Below, piece after piece: positions 26,201 through 41,600 of a DNA stretch of 64,000 nucleotides. The stretch lies in contig CAXKVF010000079.1 in NCBI GenBank assembly GCA_964057225.1, forward strand, positions 186,001-250,000, read 5' to 3'. The stretch's first letter is position 1. Each line of letters starts with the position of its first letter. A program made the position numbers and the translations under genes. This stretch comes from Auanema rhodensis. Lineage: Eukaryota; Animalia; Nematoda. The notes beneath the pieces are model-generated. The model was not told the DNA's origin, ran no database searches, and saw only the letters and a list, made by a program, of their open reading frames with translations.

Positions 26201-29200
26201 AGATGCGGTTTTCAAAATTAGATTCCCCATGTCCATATTAGTCTAAAAACAAATTTTTATTGATATTGGTTCATGGTAACCATGTCTTTGAAATTAACGT
26301 GAACTTTAATTTATGCTAATTAAATGTACACGTGATGTGCACTTGGTATGTAACTCGCTTCATGTGAAAGATAAAGAGATGCGGTTTTCAAAATTAGATT
26401 CCCCATGTCCATATTAGTCTAAAAACAAATTTTTATTGATATTGGTGCATAGTAACCATGACTTTGAAATTTACGTGAACTTTAATTTATGCTAATTAAA
26501 TGTACACGTGATGTGCACTTGGTATGTAACTCGCTTCACGTGAAAGATAAAGAGATGCGGTTTTGAAAATTAGATTCCCCATGTCCATATTAGTCTAAAA
26601 ACAAATTTTTATTGATATTGGTGCATGGTAACCATGACTATGAAATTTACGTGAACTTTAATTCATGCTAATTAAATGTACACGTGATGTGCACTTGGTA
26701 TGTAACTCGCTTCACGTGAAAGATAAAGAGATGCGGTTTTCAAAATTAGATTCCCCATGTCCATATTAGTCTAAAAACAAATTTTTATTGATATTGGTTC
26801 ATGGTAACCATGTCTTTGAAATTTACGTGAACTTTAATTTATGCTAATTAAATGTACACGTGATGTGCACTTGGTATGTAACTCGCTTCATGTGAAAGAT
26901 AAAGAGATGCGGTTTTCAAAATTAGATTCCCCATGTCCATATTAGTCTAAAAACAAATTTTTATTGATATTGGTGCATGGTAACCATGACTTTGAATTTT
27001 ACGTGAACTTTAATTTATGCTAATTAAATGTACACGTGATGTGCACTTGGTATGTAACTCGCTTCACGTGAAAGATAAAGAGATGCGGTTTTCAAAATTA
27101 GATTCCCCATGTCCATATTAGTCTAAAAACAAATTTTTATTGATATTGGTTCATGGTAACCATGACTTTGAAATTTACGTGAACTTTAATTTATGCTAAT
27201 TAAATGTACACGTGATGTGCACTTGGTATGTAACTCGCTTCACGTGAAAGATAAAGAGATGCGGTTTTCAAAATTAGATTCCCCATGTCCATATTAGTCT
27301 AAAAACAAATTTTTATTGATATTGGTGCATGGTAACCATGACTTTGAATTTTACGTGAACTTTAATTCATGCTAATTAAATGTACACGTGATGTGCACTT
27401 GGTATGTAACTCGCTTCACGTGAAAGATAAAGAGATGCGGTTTTCAAAATTAGATTCCCCATGTCCATATTAGTTTAAAAACAAATTTTTATTGATATTG
27501 GTGCATGGTAACCATGACTTTGAATTTTACGTGAACTTTAATTTATGCTAATTAAATGTACACGTGATGTGCACTTGGTATGTAACTCGCTTCATGTGAA
27601 AGATAAAGAGATGCGGTTTTCAAAATTAGATTCCCCATGTCCATATTAGTCTAAAAACAAATTTTTATTGATATTGGTGCATAGTAACCATGACTTTGAA
27701 ATTTACGTGAACTTTAATTTATGCTAATTAAATGTACACGTGATGTGCACTTGGTATGTAACTCGCTTCACGTGAAAGATAAAGAGATGCGGTTTTCAAA
27801 ATTAGATTCCCCATGTCCATATTAGTCTAAAAACAAATTTTTATTGATATTGGTGCATGGTAACCATGACTTTGAAATTTACGTGAACTTTAATTCATGC
27901 TAATTAAATGTACACGTGATGTGCACTTGGTATGTAACTCGCTTCACGTGAAAGATAAAGAGATGCGGTTTTCAAAATTAGATTCCCCATGTCCATATTA
28001 GTCTAAAAACAAATTTTTATTGATATTGGTTCATGGTAACCATGTCTTTGAAATTTACGTGAACTTTAATTTATGCTAATTAAATGTACACGTGATGTGC
28101 ACTTGGTATGTAACTCGCTTCATGTGAAAGATAAAGAGATGCGGTTTTCAAAATTAGATTCCCCATGACCATATTAGTCTAAAAACAAATTTTTATTGAT
28201 ATTGGTGCATGGTAACCATGACTTTGAAATTTACGTGAACTTTAATTTATGCTAATTAAATGTACACGTGATGTGCACTTGGTATGTAACTCGCTTCACG
28301 TAAAAGATAAAGAGATGCGGTTTTCAAAATTAGATTCCCCATGTCCATATTAGTCTAAAAACAAATTTTTATTGATATTGGTTCATGGTAACCATGTCTT
28401 TGAAATTAACGTGAACTTTAATTTATGCTAATTAAATGTACACGTGATGTGCACTTGGTATGTAACTCGCTTCATGTGAAAGATAAAGAGATGCGGTTTT
28501 CAAAATTAGATTCCCCATGTCCATATTAGTCTAAAAACAAATTTTTATTGATATTGGTGCATGGTAACCATGACTTTGAAATTTACGTGAACTTTAATTT
28601 ATGCTAATTAAATGTACACGTGATGTGCACTTGGTATGTAACTCGCTTCACGTGAAAGATAAAGAGATGCGGTTTTCAAAATTAGATTCCCCATGTCCAT
28701 ATTAGTCTAAAAACAAATTTTTATTGATATTGGTGCATGGTAACCATGACTTTGAAATTTACGTGAACTTTAATTTATGCTAATTAAATGTAAACGTGAT
28801 GTGCACTTGGTATGTAACTCGCTTCACGTGAAAGATAAAGAGATGCGGTTTTCAAAATTAGATTCCCCATGTCCATATTAGTCTTAAAACAAATTTTTAT
28901 TGATATTGGTTCATGGTAACCATGTCTTTGAAATTTACGTGAACTTTAATTTATGCTAATTAAATGTACACGTGATGTGCACTTGGTATGTAACTCGCTT
29001 CACGTGAAAGATAAAGAGATGCGGTTTTCAAAATTAGATTCCTCATGTCCATATTAGTCTAAAAACAAATTTTTATTGATATTGGTGCATGGTAACCATG
29101 ACTTTGAAATTTACGTGAACTTTAATTTATGCTAATTAAATGTACACGTGATGTGCACTTGGTATGTAACTCGCTTCACGTGAAAGATAAAGAGATGCGG

Positions 29201-29600
29201 TTTTCAAAATTAGAATCCCCATGTCCATATTAGTCTAAAAACAAATTTTTATTGATATTGGTTCATGGTAACCATGACTTTGAAATTTACGTGAACTTTA
29301 ATTTATGCTAATTAAATGTACACGTGATGTGCACTTGGTATGTAACTCGCTTCATGTGAAAGATAAAGAGATGCGGTTTTCAAAATTAGATTCCCCATGT
29401 CCATATTAGTCTAAAAACAAATTTTTATTGATATTGGTGCATAGTAACCATGACTTTGAAATTTACGTGAACTTTAATTTATGCTAATTAAATGTACACG
29501 TGATGTGCACTTGGTATGTAACTCGCTTCATGTGAAAGATAAAGAGATGCGGTTTTCAAAATTAGATTCCCCATGTCCATATTTGTCTAAAAACAAATTT
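23300..29600. repeat. Array sub-domain II (C146T CATGTG variant, many private SNPs, weak higher-order periodicity)
   Basis: TTCATGTG at 23371, 24075, 24427, 25131, 26011, 26363, 26891, 27595, 28123, 28475, 29355, 29531. A76T at 25413, 26117, 26997, 27349, 27525. Confidence 0.75.
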
Positions 29601-32600
29601 TTATTGATATTGGTGCATGGTAACCATGACTTTGAAATTTACGTGAACTTTAATTTATGCTAATTAAATGTACACATGATGTGCACTTGGTATGTAACTC
29701 GCTTCACGTGAAAGATAAAGAGATGCGGTTTTCAAAATTAGATTCCCCATGTCCATATTATTCTAAAAACAAATTTTTATTGATATTGGTTCATGGTAAC
29801 CATGACTTTGAAATTTACGTGAACTTTAATTTATGCTAATTAAATGTACACGTGATGTGCACTTGGTATGTAACTCGCTTCACGTGAAAGATGAAGAGAT
29901 GCGGTTTTCAAAATTAGATTCCCCATGTCCATATTAGTCTCAAAACAAATTTTTATTGATATTGGTTCATGGTAACCATGTCTTTGAAATTTACGTGAAC
30001 TTTAATTTATGCTAATTAAATGTACACGTGATGTGCACTTGGTATGTAACTCGCTTCACGTGAAAGATAAAGAGATGCGGTTTTCAAAATTAGATTCCTC
30101 ATGTCCATATTAGTCTAAAAACAAATTTTTATTGATATTGGTTCATGGTAACCATGACTTTGAAATTTACGTGAACTTTAATTTATGCTAATTAAATGTA
30201 CACGTGATGTGCACTTGGTATGTAACTCGCTTCACGTGAAAGATAAAGAGATGCGGTTTTCAAAATTAGATTCCTCATGTCCATATTAGTCTAAAAACAA
30301 ATTTTTATTGATATTGGTTCATGGTAACCATGACTTTGAAATTTACGTGAACTTTAATTTATGCTAATTAAATGTACACGTGATGTGCACTTGGTATGTA
30401 ACTCGCTTCACGTGAAAGATAAAGAGATGCGGTTTTCAAAATTAGATTCCTCATGTCCATATTAGTCTAAAAACAAATTTTTATTGATATTGGTTCATGG
30501 TAACCATGACTTTGAAATTTACGTGAACTTTAATTTATGCTAATTAAATGTACACGTGATGTGCACTTGGTATGTAACTCGCTTCACGTGAAAGATAAAG
30601 AGATGCGGTTTTCAAAATTAGATTCCTCATGTCCATATTAGTCTAAAAACAAATTTTTATTGATATTGGTTCATGGTAACCATGACTTTGAAATTTACGT
30701 GAACTTTAATTTATGATAATTAAATGTACACGTGATGTGCACTTGGTATGTAACTCGCTTCACGTGAAAGATAAAGAGATGCGGTTTTCAAAATTAGATT
30801 CCCCATGTCCATATTAGTCTAAAAACAAATTTTTATTGATATTGGTTCATGGTAACCATGTCTTTGAAATTTACGTGAACTTTAATTTATGCTAATTAAA
30901 TGTACACGTGATGTGCACTTGGTATGTAACTCGCTTCACGTGAAAGATAAAGAGATGCGGTTTTCAAAATTAGATTCCTCATGTCCATATTAGTCTAAAA
31001 ACAAATTTTTATTGATATTGGTTCATGGTAACCATGACTTTGAAATTTACGTGAACTTTAATTTATGCTAATTAAATGTACACGTGATGTGCACTTGGTA
31101 TGTAACTCGCTTCACGTGAAAGATAAAGAGATGCGGTTTTCAAAATTAGATTCCTCATGTCCATATTAGTCTAAAAACAAATTTTTATTGATATTGGTTC
31201 ATGGTAACCATGACTTTGAAATTTACGTGAACTTTAATTTATGCTAATTAAATGTACACGTGATGTGCACTTGGTATGTAACTCGCTTCACGTGAAAGAT
31301 AAAGAGATGCGGTTTTCAAAATTAGATTCCCCATGTCCATATTAGTCTAAAAACAAATTTTTATTGATATTGGTTCATGGTAACCATGTCTTTGAAATTT
31401 ACGTGAACTTTAATTTATGCTAATTAAATGTACACGTGATGTGCACTTGGTATGTAACTCGCTTCACGTGAAAGATAAAGAGATGCGGTTTTCAAAATTA
31501 GATTCCTCATGTCCATATTAGTCTAAAAACAAATTTTTATTGATATTGGTTCATGGTAACCATGACTTTGAAATTTACGTGAACTTTAATTTATGCTAAT
31601 TAAATGTACACGTGATGTGCACTTGGTATGTAACTCGCTTCACGTGAAAGATAAAGAGATGCGGTTTCCAAAATTAGATTCCCCATGTCTATATTAGTCT
31701 AAAAACAAATTTTTATTGATATTGGTTCATGGTAACCATGACTTTGAAATTTACGTGAACTTTAATTTATGCTAATTAAATGTACACGTGATGTGCACTT
31801 GGTATGTAACTCGCTTCACGTGAAAGATAAAGAGATGCGGTTTTCAAAATTAGATTCCCCATGTCCATATTAGTCTAAAAACAAATTTTTATTGATATTG
31901 GTGCATGGTAACCATGACTTTGAAATTTACGTGAACTTTAATTTATGCTAATTAAATGTACACGTGATGTGCACTTGGTATGTAACTCGCTTCACGTGAA
32001 AGATAAAGAGATGCGGTTTTCAAAATTAGATTCCCCATGTCCATATTAGTCTAAAAACAAATTTTTATTGATATTGGTGCATGGTAACCATGACTTTGAA
32101 ATTTACGTGAACTTTAATTAATGCTAATTAAATGTACACGTGATGTGCACTTGGTATGTAACTCGCTTCACGTGAAAGATAAAGAGATGCGGGTTTCAAA
32201 ATTAGATTCCCCATGTCCATATTAGTCTAAAAACAAATTTTTATTGATATTGGTTCATGGTAACCATGACTTTGAAATTTACGTGAACTTTAATTTATGC
32301 TAATTAAATGTACACGTGATGTGCACTTGGTATGTAACTCGCTTCACGTGAAAGATAAAGAGATGCGGTTTTCAAAATTGGATTCCCCATGTCCATATTA
32401 GTCTAAAAACAAATTTTTATTGATATTGGTGCATGGTAACCATGACTTTGAAATTTACGTGAACTTTAATTTATGCTAATTAAATGTACACGTGATGTGC
32501 ACTTGGTATGTAACTCGCTTCACGTGAAAGATAAAGAGATGCGGTTTTCAAAATTAGATTCCCCATGTCTATATTAGTCTAAAAACAAATTTTTATTGAT

Positions 32601-35600
32601 ATTGGTTCATGGTAACCATGACTTTGAAATTTACGTGAACTTTAATTTATGCTAATTAAATGTACACGTGATGTGCACTTGGTATGTAACTCGCTTCACG
32701 TGAAAGATAAAGAGATGCGGTTTTCAAAACTAGATTCCCCATGTCCATATTAGTCTAAAAACAAATTTTTATTGATATTGGTGCATGGTAACCATGACTT
32801 TGAAATTTACGTGAACTTTAATTTATGCTAATTAAATGTACACGTGATGTGCACTTGGTATGTAACTCGCTTCACGTGAAAGATAAAGAGATGCGGTTTT
32901 CAAAATTAGATTCCCCATGTCCATATTAGTCTAAAAACAAATTTTTATTGATATTGGTGCATGGTAACCATGACTTTGAAATTTACGTGAACTTTAATTT
33001 ATGTTAATTAAATGTACACGTGATGTGCACTTGGTATGTAACTCGCTTCACGTGAAAGATAAAGAGATGCGGTTTTCAAAATTAGATTCCCCATGTCCAT
33101 ATTTGTCTAAAAACAAATTTTTATTGATATTGGTGCATGGTAACCATGACTTTGAAATTTACGTGAACTTTAATTTATGCTAATTAAATGTACACGTGAT
33201 GTGCACTTGGTATGTAACTCGCTTCACGTGAAAGATAAAGAGATGCGGTTTTCAAAATTAGATTCCTCATGTCCATATTAGTCTAAAAACAAATTTTTAT
33301 TGATATTGGTTCATGGTAACCATGACTTTGAAATTTACGTGAACTTTAATTTATGCTAATTAAATGTACACGTGATGTGCACTTGGTATGTAACTCGCTT
33401 CACGTGAAAGATAAAGAGATGCGGTTTTCAAAATTGGATTCCCCATGTCCATATTAGTCTAAAAACAAATTTTTATTGATATTGGTGCATGGTAACCTTG
33501 ACTTTGAAATTTACGTGAACTTTAATTTATGCTAATTAAATGTACACGTGATGTGCACTTGGTATGTAACTCGCTTCACGTGAAAGATAAAGAGATGCGG
33601 TTTTCAAAATTAGATTCCCCATGTCCATATTTGTCTAAAAACAAATTTTTATTGATATTGGTGCATGGTAACCATGACTTTGAAATTTACGTGAACTTTA
33701 ATTTATGCTAATTAAATGTACACGTGATGTGCACTTGGTATGTAACTCGCTTCACGTGAAAGATAAAGAGATGCGGTTTTCAAAATTAGATTCCCCATGT
33801 CCATATTAGTCTAAAAACAAATTTTTATTGATATTGGTGCATGGTAACCATGACTTTGAAATTTACGTGAACTTTAATTTATGTTAATTAAATGTACACG
33901 TGATGTGCACTTGGTATGTAACTCGCTTCACGTGAAAGATAAAGAGATGCGGTTTTCAAAATTAGATTCCCCATGTCCATATTTGTCTAAAAACAAATTT
34001 TTATTGATATTGGTGCATGGTAACCATGACTTTGAAATTTACGTGAACTTTAATTTATGCTAATTAAATGTACACGTGATGTGCACTTGGTATGTAACTC
34101 GCTTCACGTGAAAGATAAAGAGATGCGGTTTACAAAATTAGATTCCCCATGTCCATATTATTCTAAAAACAAATTTTTATTGATATTGGTTCATGGTAAC
34201 CATGTCTTTGAAATTTACGTGAACTTTAATTTATGCTAATTAAATGTACACGTGATGTGCACTTGGTATGTAACTCGCTTCACGTGAAAGATAAAGAGAT
34301 GCGGTTTTCAAAATTAGATTCCTCATGTCCATATTAGTCTAAAAACAAATTTTTATTGATATTGGTTCATGGTAACCATGACTTTGAAATTTACGTGAAC
34401 TTTAATTTATGCTAATTAAATGTACACGTGATGTGCACTTGGTATGTAACTCGCTTCACGTGAAAGATAAAGAGATGCGGTTTTCAAAATTGGATTCCCC
34501 ATGTCCATATTAGTCTAAAAACAAATTTTTATTGATATTGGTGCATGGTAACCTTGACTTTGAAATTTACGTGAACTTTAATTTATGCTAATTAAATGTA
34601 CACGTGATGTGCACTTGGTATGTAACTCGCTTCACGTGAAAGATAAAGAGATGCGGTTTTCAAAATTAGATTCCCCATGTCCATATTAGTCTAAAAACAA
34701 ATTTTTATTGATATTGGTTCATGGTAACCATGACTTTGAAATTTACGTGAACTTTAATTTATGCTAATTAAATGTACACGTGATGTGCACTTGGTATGTA
34801 ACTCGCTTCACGTGGAAGATGAAGAGATGCGGTTTTCAAAATTAGATTCCCCATGTCCATATTAGTCTAAAAACAAATTTTTATTGATATTGGTTCATGG
34901 TAACCATGTCTTTGAAATTTACGTGAACTTTAATTTATGCTAATTAAATGTACACGTGATGTGCACTTGGTATGTAACTCGCTTCACGTGAAAGATAAAG
35001 AGATGCGGTTTTCAAAATTAGATTCCTCATGTCCATATTAGTCTAAAAACAAATTTTTATTGATATTGGTTCATGGTAACCATGACTTTGAAATTTACGT
35101 GAACTTTAATTTATGCTAATTAAATGTACACGTGATGTGCACTTGGTATGTAACTCGCTTCACGTGAAAGATAAAGAGATGCGGTTTTCAAAATTGGATT
35201 CCCCATGTCCATATTAGTCTAAAAACAAATTTTTATTGATATTGGTGCATGGTAACCTTGACTTTGAAATTTACGTGAACTTTAATTTATGCTAATTAAA
35301 TGTACACGTGATGTGCACTTGGTATGTAACTCGCTTCACGTGAAAGATAAAGAGATGCGGTTTTCAAAATTAGATTCCTCATGTCCATATTAGTCTAAAA
35401 ACAAATTTTTATTGATATTGGTTCATGGTAACCATGACTTTGAAATTTACGTGAACTTTAATTTATGCTAATTAAATGTACACGTGATGTGCACTTGGTA
35501 TGTAACTCGCTTCACGTGAAAGATAAAGAGATGCGGTTTTCAAAATTAGATTCCCCATGTCCATATTAGTCTAAAAACAAATTTTTATTGATATTGGTGC

Positions 35601-38600
35601 ATGGTAACCATGACTTTGAAATTTACGTGAACTTTAATTTATGTTAATTAAATGTACACGTGATGTGCACTTGGTATGTAACTCGCTTCACGTGAAAGAT
35701 AAAGAGATGCGGTTTTCAAAATTAGATTCCCCATGTCCATATTTGTCTAAAAGCAAATTTTTATTGATATTGGTGCATGGTAACCATGACTTTGAAATTT
35801 ACGTGAACTTTAATTTATGCTAATTAAATGTACACGTGATGTGCACTTGGTATGTAACTCGCTTCACGTGAAAGATAAAGAGATGCGGTTTTCAAAATTA
35901 GATTCCCCATGTCCATATTATTCTAAAAACAAATTTTTATTGATATTGGTTCATGGTAACCATGACTTTGAAATTTACGTGAACTTTAATTTATGCTAAT
36001 TAAATGTACACGTGATGTGCACTTGGTATGTAACTCGCTTCACGTGGAAGATGAAGAGATGCGGTTTTCAAAATTAGATTCCCCATGTCCATATTAGTCT
36101 AAAAACAAATTTTTATTGATATTGGTTCATGGTAACCATGTCTTTGAAATTTACGTGAACTTTAATTTATGCTAATTAAATGTACACGTGATGTGCACTT
36201 GGTATGTAACTCGCTTCACGTGAAAGATAAAGAGATGCGGTTTTCAAAATTAGATTCCTCATGTCCATATTAGTCTAAAAACAAATTTTTATTGATATTG
36301 GTTCATGGTAACCATGACTTTGAAATTTACGTGAACTTTAATTTATGCTAATTAAATGTACACGTGATGTGCACTTGGTATGTAACTCGCTTCACGTGAA
36401 AGATAAAGAGATGCGGTTTTCAAAATTGGATTCCCCATGTCCATATTAGTCTAAAAACAAATTTTTATTGATATTGGTGCATGGTAACCTTGACTTTGAA
36501 ATTTACGTGAACTTTAATTTATGCTAATTAAATGTACACGTGATGTGCACTTGGTATGTAACTCGCTTCACGTGAAAGATAAAGAGATGCGGTTTTCAAA
36601 ATTAGATTCCCCATGTCCATATTAGTCTAAAAACAAATTTTTATTGATATTGGTTCATGGTAACCATGACTTTGAAATTTACGTGAACTTTAATTTATGC
36701 TAATTAAATGTACACGTGATGTGCACTTGGTATGTAACTCGCTTCACGTGGAAGATGAAGAGATGCGGTTTTCAAAATTAGATTCCCCATGTCCATATTA
36801 GTCTAAAAACAAATTTTTATTGATATTGGTTCATGGTAACCATGTCTTTGAAATTTACGTGAACTTTAATTTATGCTAATTAAATGTACACGTGATGTGC
36901 ACTTGGTATGTAACTCGCTTCACGTGAAAGATAAAGAGATGCGGTTTTCAAAATTAGATTCTTCATGTCCATATTAGTCTAAAAACAAATTTTTATTGAT
37001 ATTGGTTCATGGTAACCATGACTTTGAAATTTACGTGAACTTTAATTTATGCTAATTAAATGTACACGTGATGTGCACTTGGTATGTAACTCGCTTCACG
37101 TGAAAGATAAAGAGATGCGGTTTTCAAAATTGGATTCCCCATGTCCATATTAGTCTAAAAACAAATTTTTATTGATATTGGTGCATGGTAACCTTGACTT
37201 TGAAATTTACGTGAACTTTAATTTATGCTAATTAAATGTACACGTGATGTGCACTTGGTATGTAACTCGCTTCACGTGAAAGATAAAGAGATGCGGTTTT
37301 CAAAATTAGATTCCCCATGTCCATATTAGTCTAAAAACAAATTTTTATTGATATTGGTTCATGGTAACCATGACTTTGAAATTTACGTGAACTTTAATTT
37401 ATGCTAATTAAATGTACACGTGATGTGCACTTGGTATGTAACTCGCTTCACGTGAAAGATAAAGAGATGCGGTTTTCAAAATTAGATTCCCCATGTCCAT
37501 ATTAGTCTAAAAACAAATTTTTATTGATATTGGTTCATGGTAACCATGTCTTTGAAATTTACGTGAACTTTAATTTATGCTAATTAAATGTACACGTGAT
37601 GTGCACTTGGTATGTAACTCGCTTCACGTGAAAGATAAAGAGATGCGGTTTTCAAAATTAGATTCCCCATGTCCATATTAGTCTAAAAACAAATTTTTAT
37701 TGATATTGGTGCATGGTAACCATGACTTTGAAATTTACGTGAACTTTAATTAATGCTAATTAAATGTACACGTGATGTGCACTTGGTATGTAACTCGCTT
37801 CACGTGAAAGATAAAGAGATGCGGGTTTCAAAATTAGATTCCCCATGTCCATATTAGTCTAAAAACAAATTTTTATTGATATTGGTTCATGGTAACCATG
37901 ACTTTGAAATTTACGTGAACTTTAATTTATGCTAATTAAATGTACACGTGATGTGCACTTGGTATGTAACTCGCTTCACGTGAAAGATAAAGAGATGCGG
38001 TTTTCAAAATTGGATTCCCCATGTCCATATTAGTCTAAAAACAAATTTTTATTGATATTGGTGCATGGTAACCATGACTTTGAAATTTACGTGAACTTTA
38101 ATTTATGCTAATTAAATGTACACGTGATGTGCACTTGGTATGTAACTCGCTTCACGTGAAAGATAAAGAGATGCGGTTTTCAAAATTAGATTCCCCATGT
38201 CTATATTAGTCTAAAAACAAATTTTTATTGATATTGGTTCATGGTAACCATGACTTTGAAATTTACGTGAACTTTAATTTATGCTAATTAAATGTACACG
38301 TGATGTGCACTTGGTATGTAACTCGCTTCACGTGAAAGATAAAGAGATGTGGTTTTCAAAACTAGATTCCCCATGTCCATATTAGTCTAAAAACAAATTT
38401 TTATTGATATTGGTGCATGGTAACCATGACTTTGAAATTTACGTGAACTTTAATTTATGCTAATTAAATGTACACGTGATGTGCACTTGGTATGTAACTC
38501 GCTTCACGTGAAAGATAAAGAGATGCGGTTTTCAAAATTAGATTCCCCATGTCCATATTAGTCTAAAAACAAATTTTTATTGATATTGGTGCATGGTAAC

Positions 38601-41600
38601 CATGACTTTGAAATTTACGTGAACTTTAATTTATGTTAATTAAATGTACACGTGATGTGCACTTGGTATGTAACTCGCTTCACGTGAAAGATAAAGAGAT
38701 GCGGGTTTCAAAATTAGATTCCCCATGTCCATATTAGTCTAAAAACAAATTTTTATTGATATTGGTTCATGGTAACCATGACTTTGAAATTTACGTGAAC
38801 TTTAATTTATGCTAATTAAATGTACACGTGATGTGCACTTGGTATGTAACTCGCTTCACGTGAAAGATAAAGAGATGCGGTTTTCAAAATTAGATTCCCC
38901 ATGTCCATATTAGTCTAAAAACAAATTTTTATTGATATTGGTGCATGGTAACCATGACTTTGAAATTTACGTGAACTTTAATTCATGCTAATTAAATGTA
39001 CACGTGATGTGCACTTGGTATGTAACTCGCTTCACGTAAAATATAAAGAGATGCGGTTTTCAAAATTAGATTCCCCATGTCCATATTAGTCTAAAAACAA
39101 ATTTTTATTGATATTGGTTCATGGTAACCATGTCTTTGAAATTTACGTGAACTTTAATTTATGCTAATTAAATGTACACGTGATGTGCACTTGGTATGTA
39201 ACTCGCTTCACGTGAAAGATAAAGAGATGCGGTTTTCAAAATTAGATTCCCCATGTCCATATTAGTCTAAAAACAAATTTTTATTGATATTGGTGCATGG
39301 TAACCATGACTTTGAAATTTACGTGAACTTTAATTTATGCTAATTAAATGTACACGTGATGTGCACTTGGTATGTAACTCGCTTCACGTGAAAGATAAAG
39401 AGATGCGGTTTTCAAAATTAGATTCCCCATGTCCATATTAGTCTAAAAACAAATTTTTATTGATATTGGTGCATGGTAACCATGACTTTGAAATTTACGT
39501 GAACTTTAATTAATGCTAATTAAATGTACACGTGATGTGCACTTGGTATGTAACTCGCTTCACGTGAAAGATAAAGAGATGCGGGTTTCAAAATTAGATT
39601 CCCCATGTCCATATTAGTCTAAAAACAAATTTTTATTGATATTGGTTCAAGGTAACCATGACTTTGAAATTTACGTGAACTTTAATTTATGCTAATTAAA
39701 TGTACACGTGATGTGCACTTGGTATGTAACTCGCTTCACGTGAAAGATAAAGAGATGCGGTTTTCAAAATTGGATTCCCCATGTCCATATTAGTCTAAAA
39801 ACAAATTTTTATTGATATTGGTGCATGGTAACCATGACTTTGAAATTTACGTGAACTTTAATTTATGCTAATTAAATGTACACGTGATGTGCACTTGGTA
39901 TGTAACTCGCTTCACGTGAAAGATAAAGAGATGCGGTTTTCAAAATTAGATTCCCCATGTCTATATTAGTCTAAAAACAAATTTTTATTGATATTGGTTC
40001 ATGGTAACCATGACTTTGAAATTTACGTGAACTTTAATTTATGCTAATTAAATGTACACGTGATGTGCACTTGGTATGTAACTCGCTTCACGTGAAAGAT
40101 AAAGAGATGCGGTTTTCAAAATTAGATTCCCCATGTCTATATTAGTCTAAAAACAAATTTTTATTGATATTGGTTCATGGTAACCATGACTTTGAAATTT
40201 ACGTGAACTTTAATTTATGCTAATTAAATGTACACGTGATGTGCACTTGGTATGTAACTCGCTTCACGTGAAAGATAAAGAGATGCGGTTTTCAAAATTA
40301 GATTCCCCATGTCTATATTAGTCTAAAAACAAATTTTTATTGATATTGGTGCATGGTAACCATGACTTTGAAATTTACGTGAACTTTAATTTATGCTAAT
40401 TAAATGTACACGTGATGTGCACTTGGTATGTAACTCGCTTCACGTGAAAGATAAAGAGATGCGGTTTTCAAAATTAGATTCCCCATGTCCATATTAGTCT
40501 AAAAACAAATTTTTATTGATATTGGTGCATGGTAACCATGACTTTGAAATTTACGTGAACTTTAATTTATGTTAATTAAATGTACACGTGATGTGCACTT
40601 GGTATGTAACTCGCTTCACGTGAAAGATAAAGAGATGCGGTTTTCAAAATTAGATTCCCCATGTCCATATTATTCTAAAAACAAATTTTTATTGATATTG
40701 GTTCATGGTAACCATGACTTTGAAATTTACGTGAACTTTAATTTATGCTAATTAAATGTACACGTGATGTGCACTTGGTATGTAACTCGCTTCACGTGGA
40801 AGATGAAGAGATGCGGTTTTCAAAATTAGATTCCCCATGTCCATATTAGTCTAAAAACAAATTTTTATTGATATTGGTTCATGGTAACCATGTCTTTGAA
40901 ATTTACGTGAACTTTAATTTATGCTAATTAAATGTACACGTGATGTGCACTTGGTATGTAACTCGCTTCACGTGAAAGATAAAGAGATGCGGTTTTCAAA
41001 ATTAGATTCCTCATGTCCATATTAGTCTAAAAACAAATTTTTATTGATATTGGTTCATGGTAACCATGACTTTGAAATTTACGTGAACTTTAATTTATGC
41101 TAATTAAATGTACACGTGATGTGCACTTGGTATGTAACTCGCTTCACGTGAAAGATAAAGAGATGCGGTTTTCAAAATTGGATTCCCCATGTCCATATTA
41201 GTCTAAAAACAAATTTTTATTGATATTGGTGCATGGTAACCTTGACTTTGAAATTTACGTGAACTTTAATTTATGCTAATTAAATGTACACGTGATGTGC
41301 ACTTGGTATGTAACTCGCTTCACGTGAAAGATAAAGAGATGCGGTTTTCAAAATTAGATTCCCCATGTCCATATTAGTCTAAAAACAAATTTTTATTGAT
41401 ATTGGTTCATGGTAACCATGACTTTGAAATTTACGTGAACTTTAATTTATGCTAATTAAATGTACACGTGATGTGCACTTGGTATGTAACTCGCTTCACG
41501 TGAAAGATAACGAGATGCGGTTTTCAAAATTAGATTCCCCATGTCCATATTAGTCTAAAAACAAATTTTTATTGATATTGGTTCATGGTAACCATGTCTT

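Noticed and set aside
22969-40751. Ten 60-aa ORFs as protein-coding genes
   Set aside because: They are satellite monomers with a mutated TAG. About 97% of copies keep the stop, there is no recognisable domain or gene context, and 176 is not a multiple of 3.
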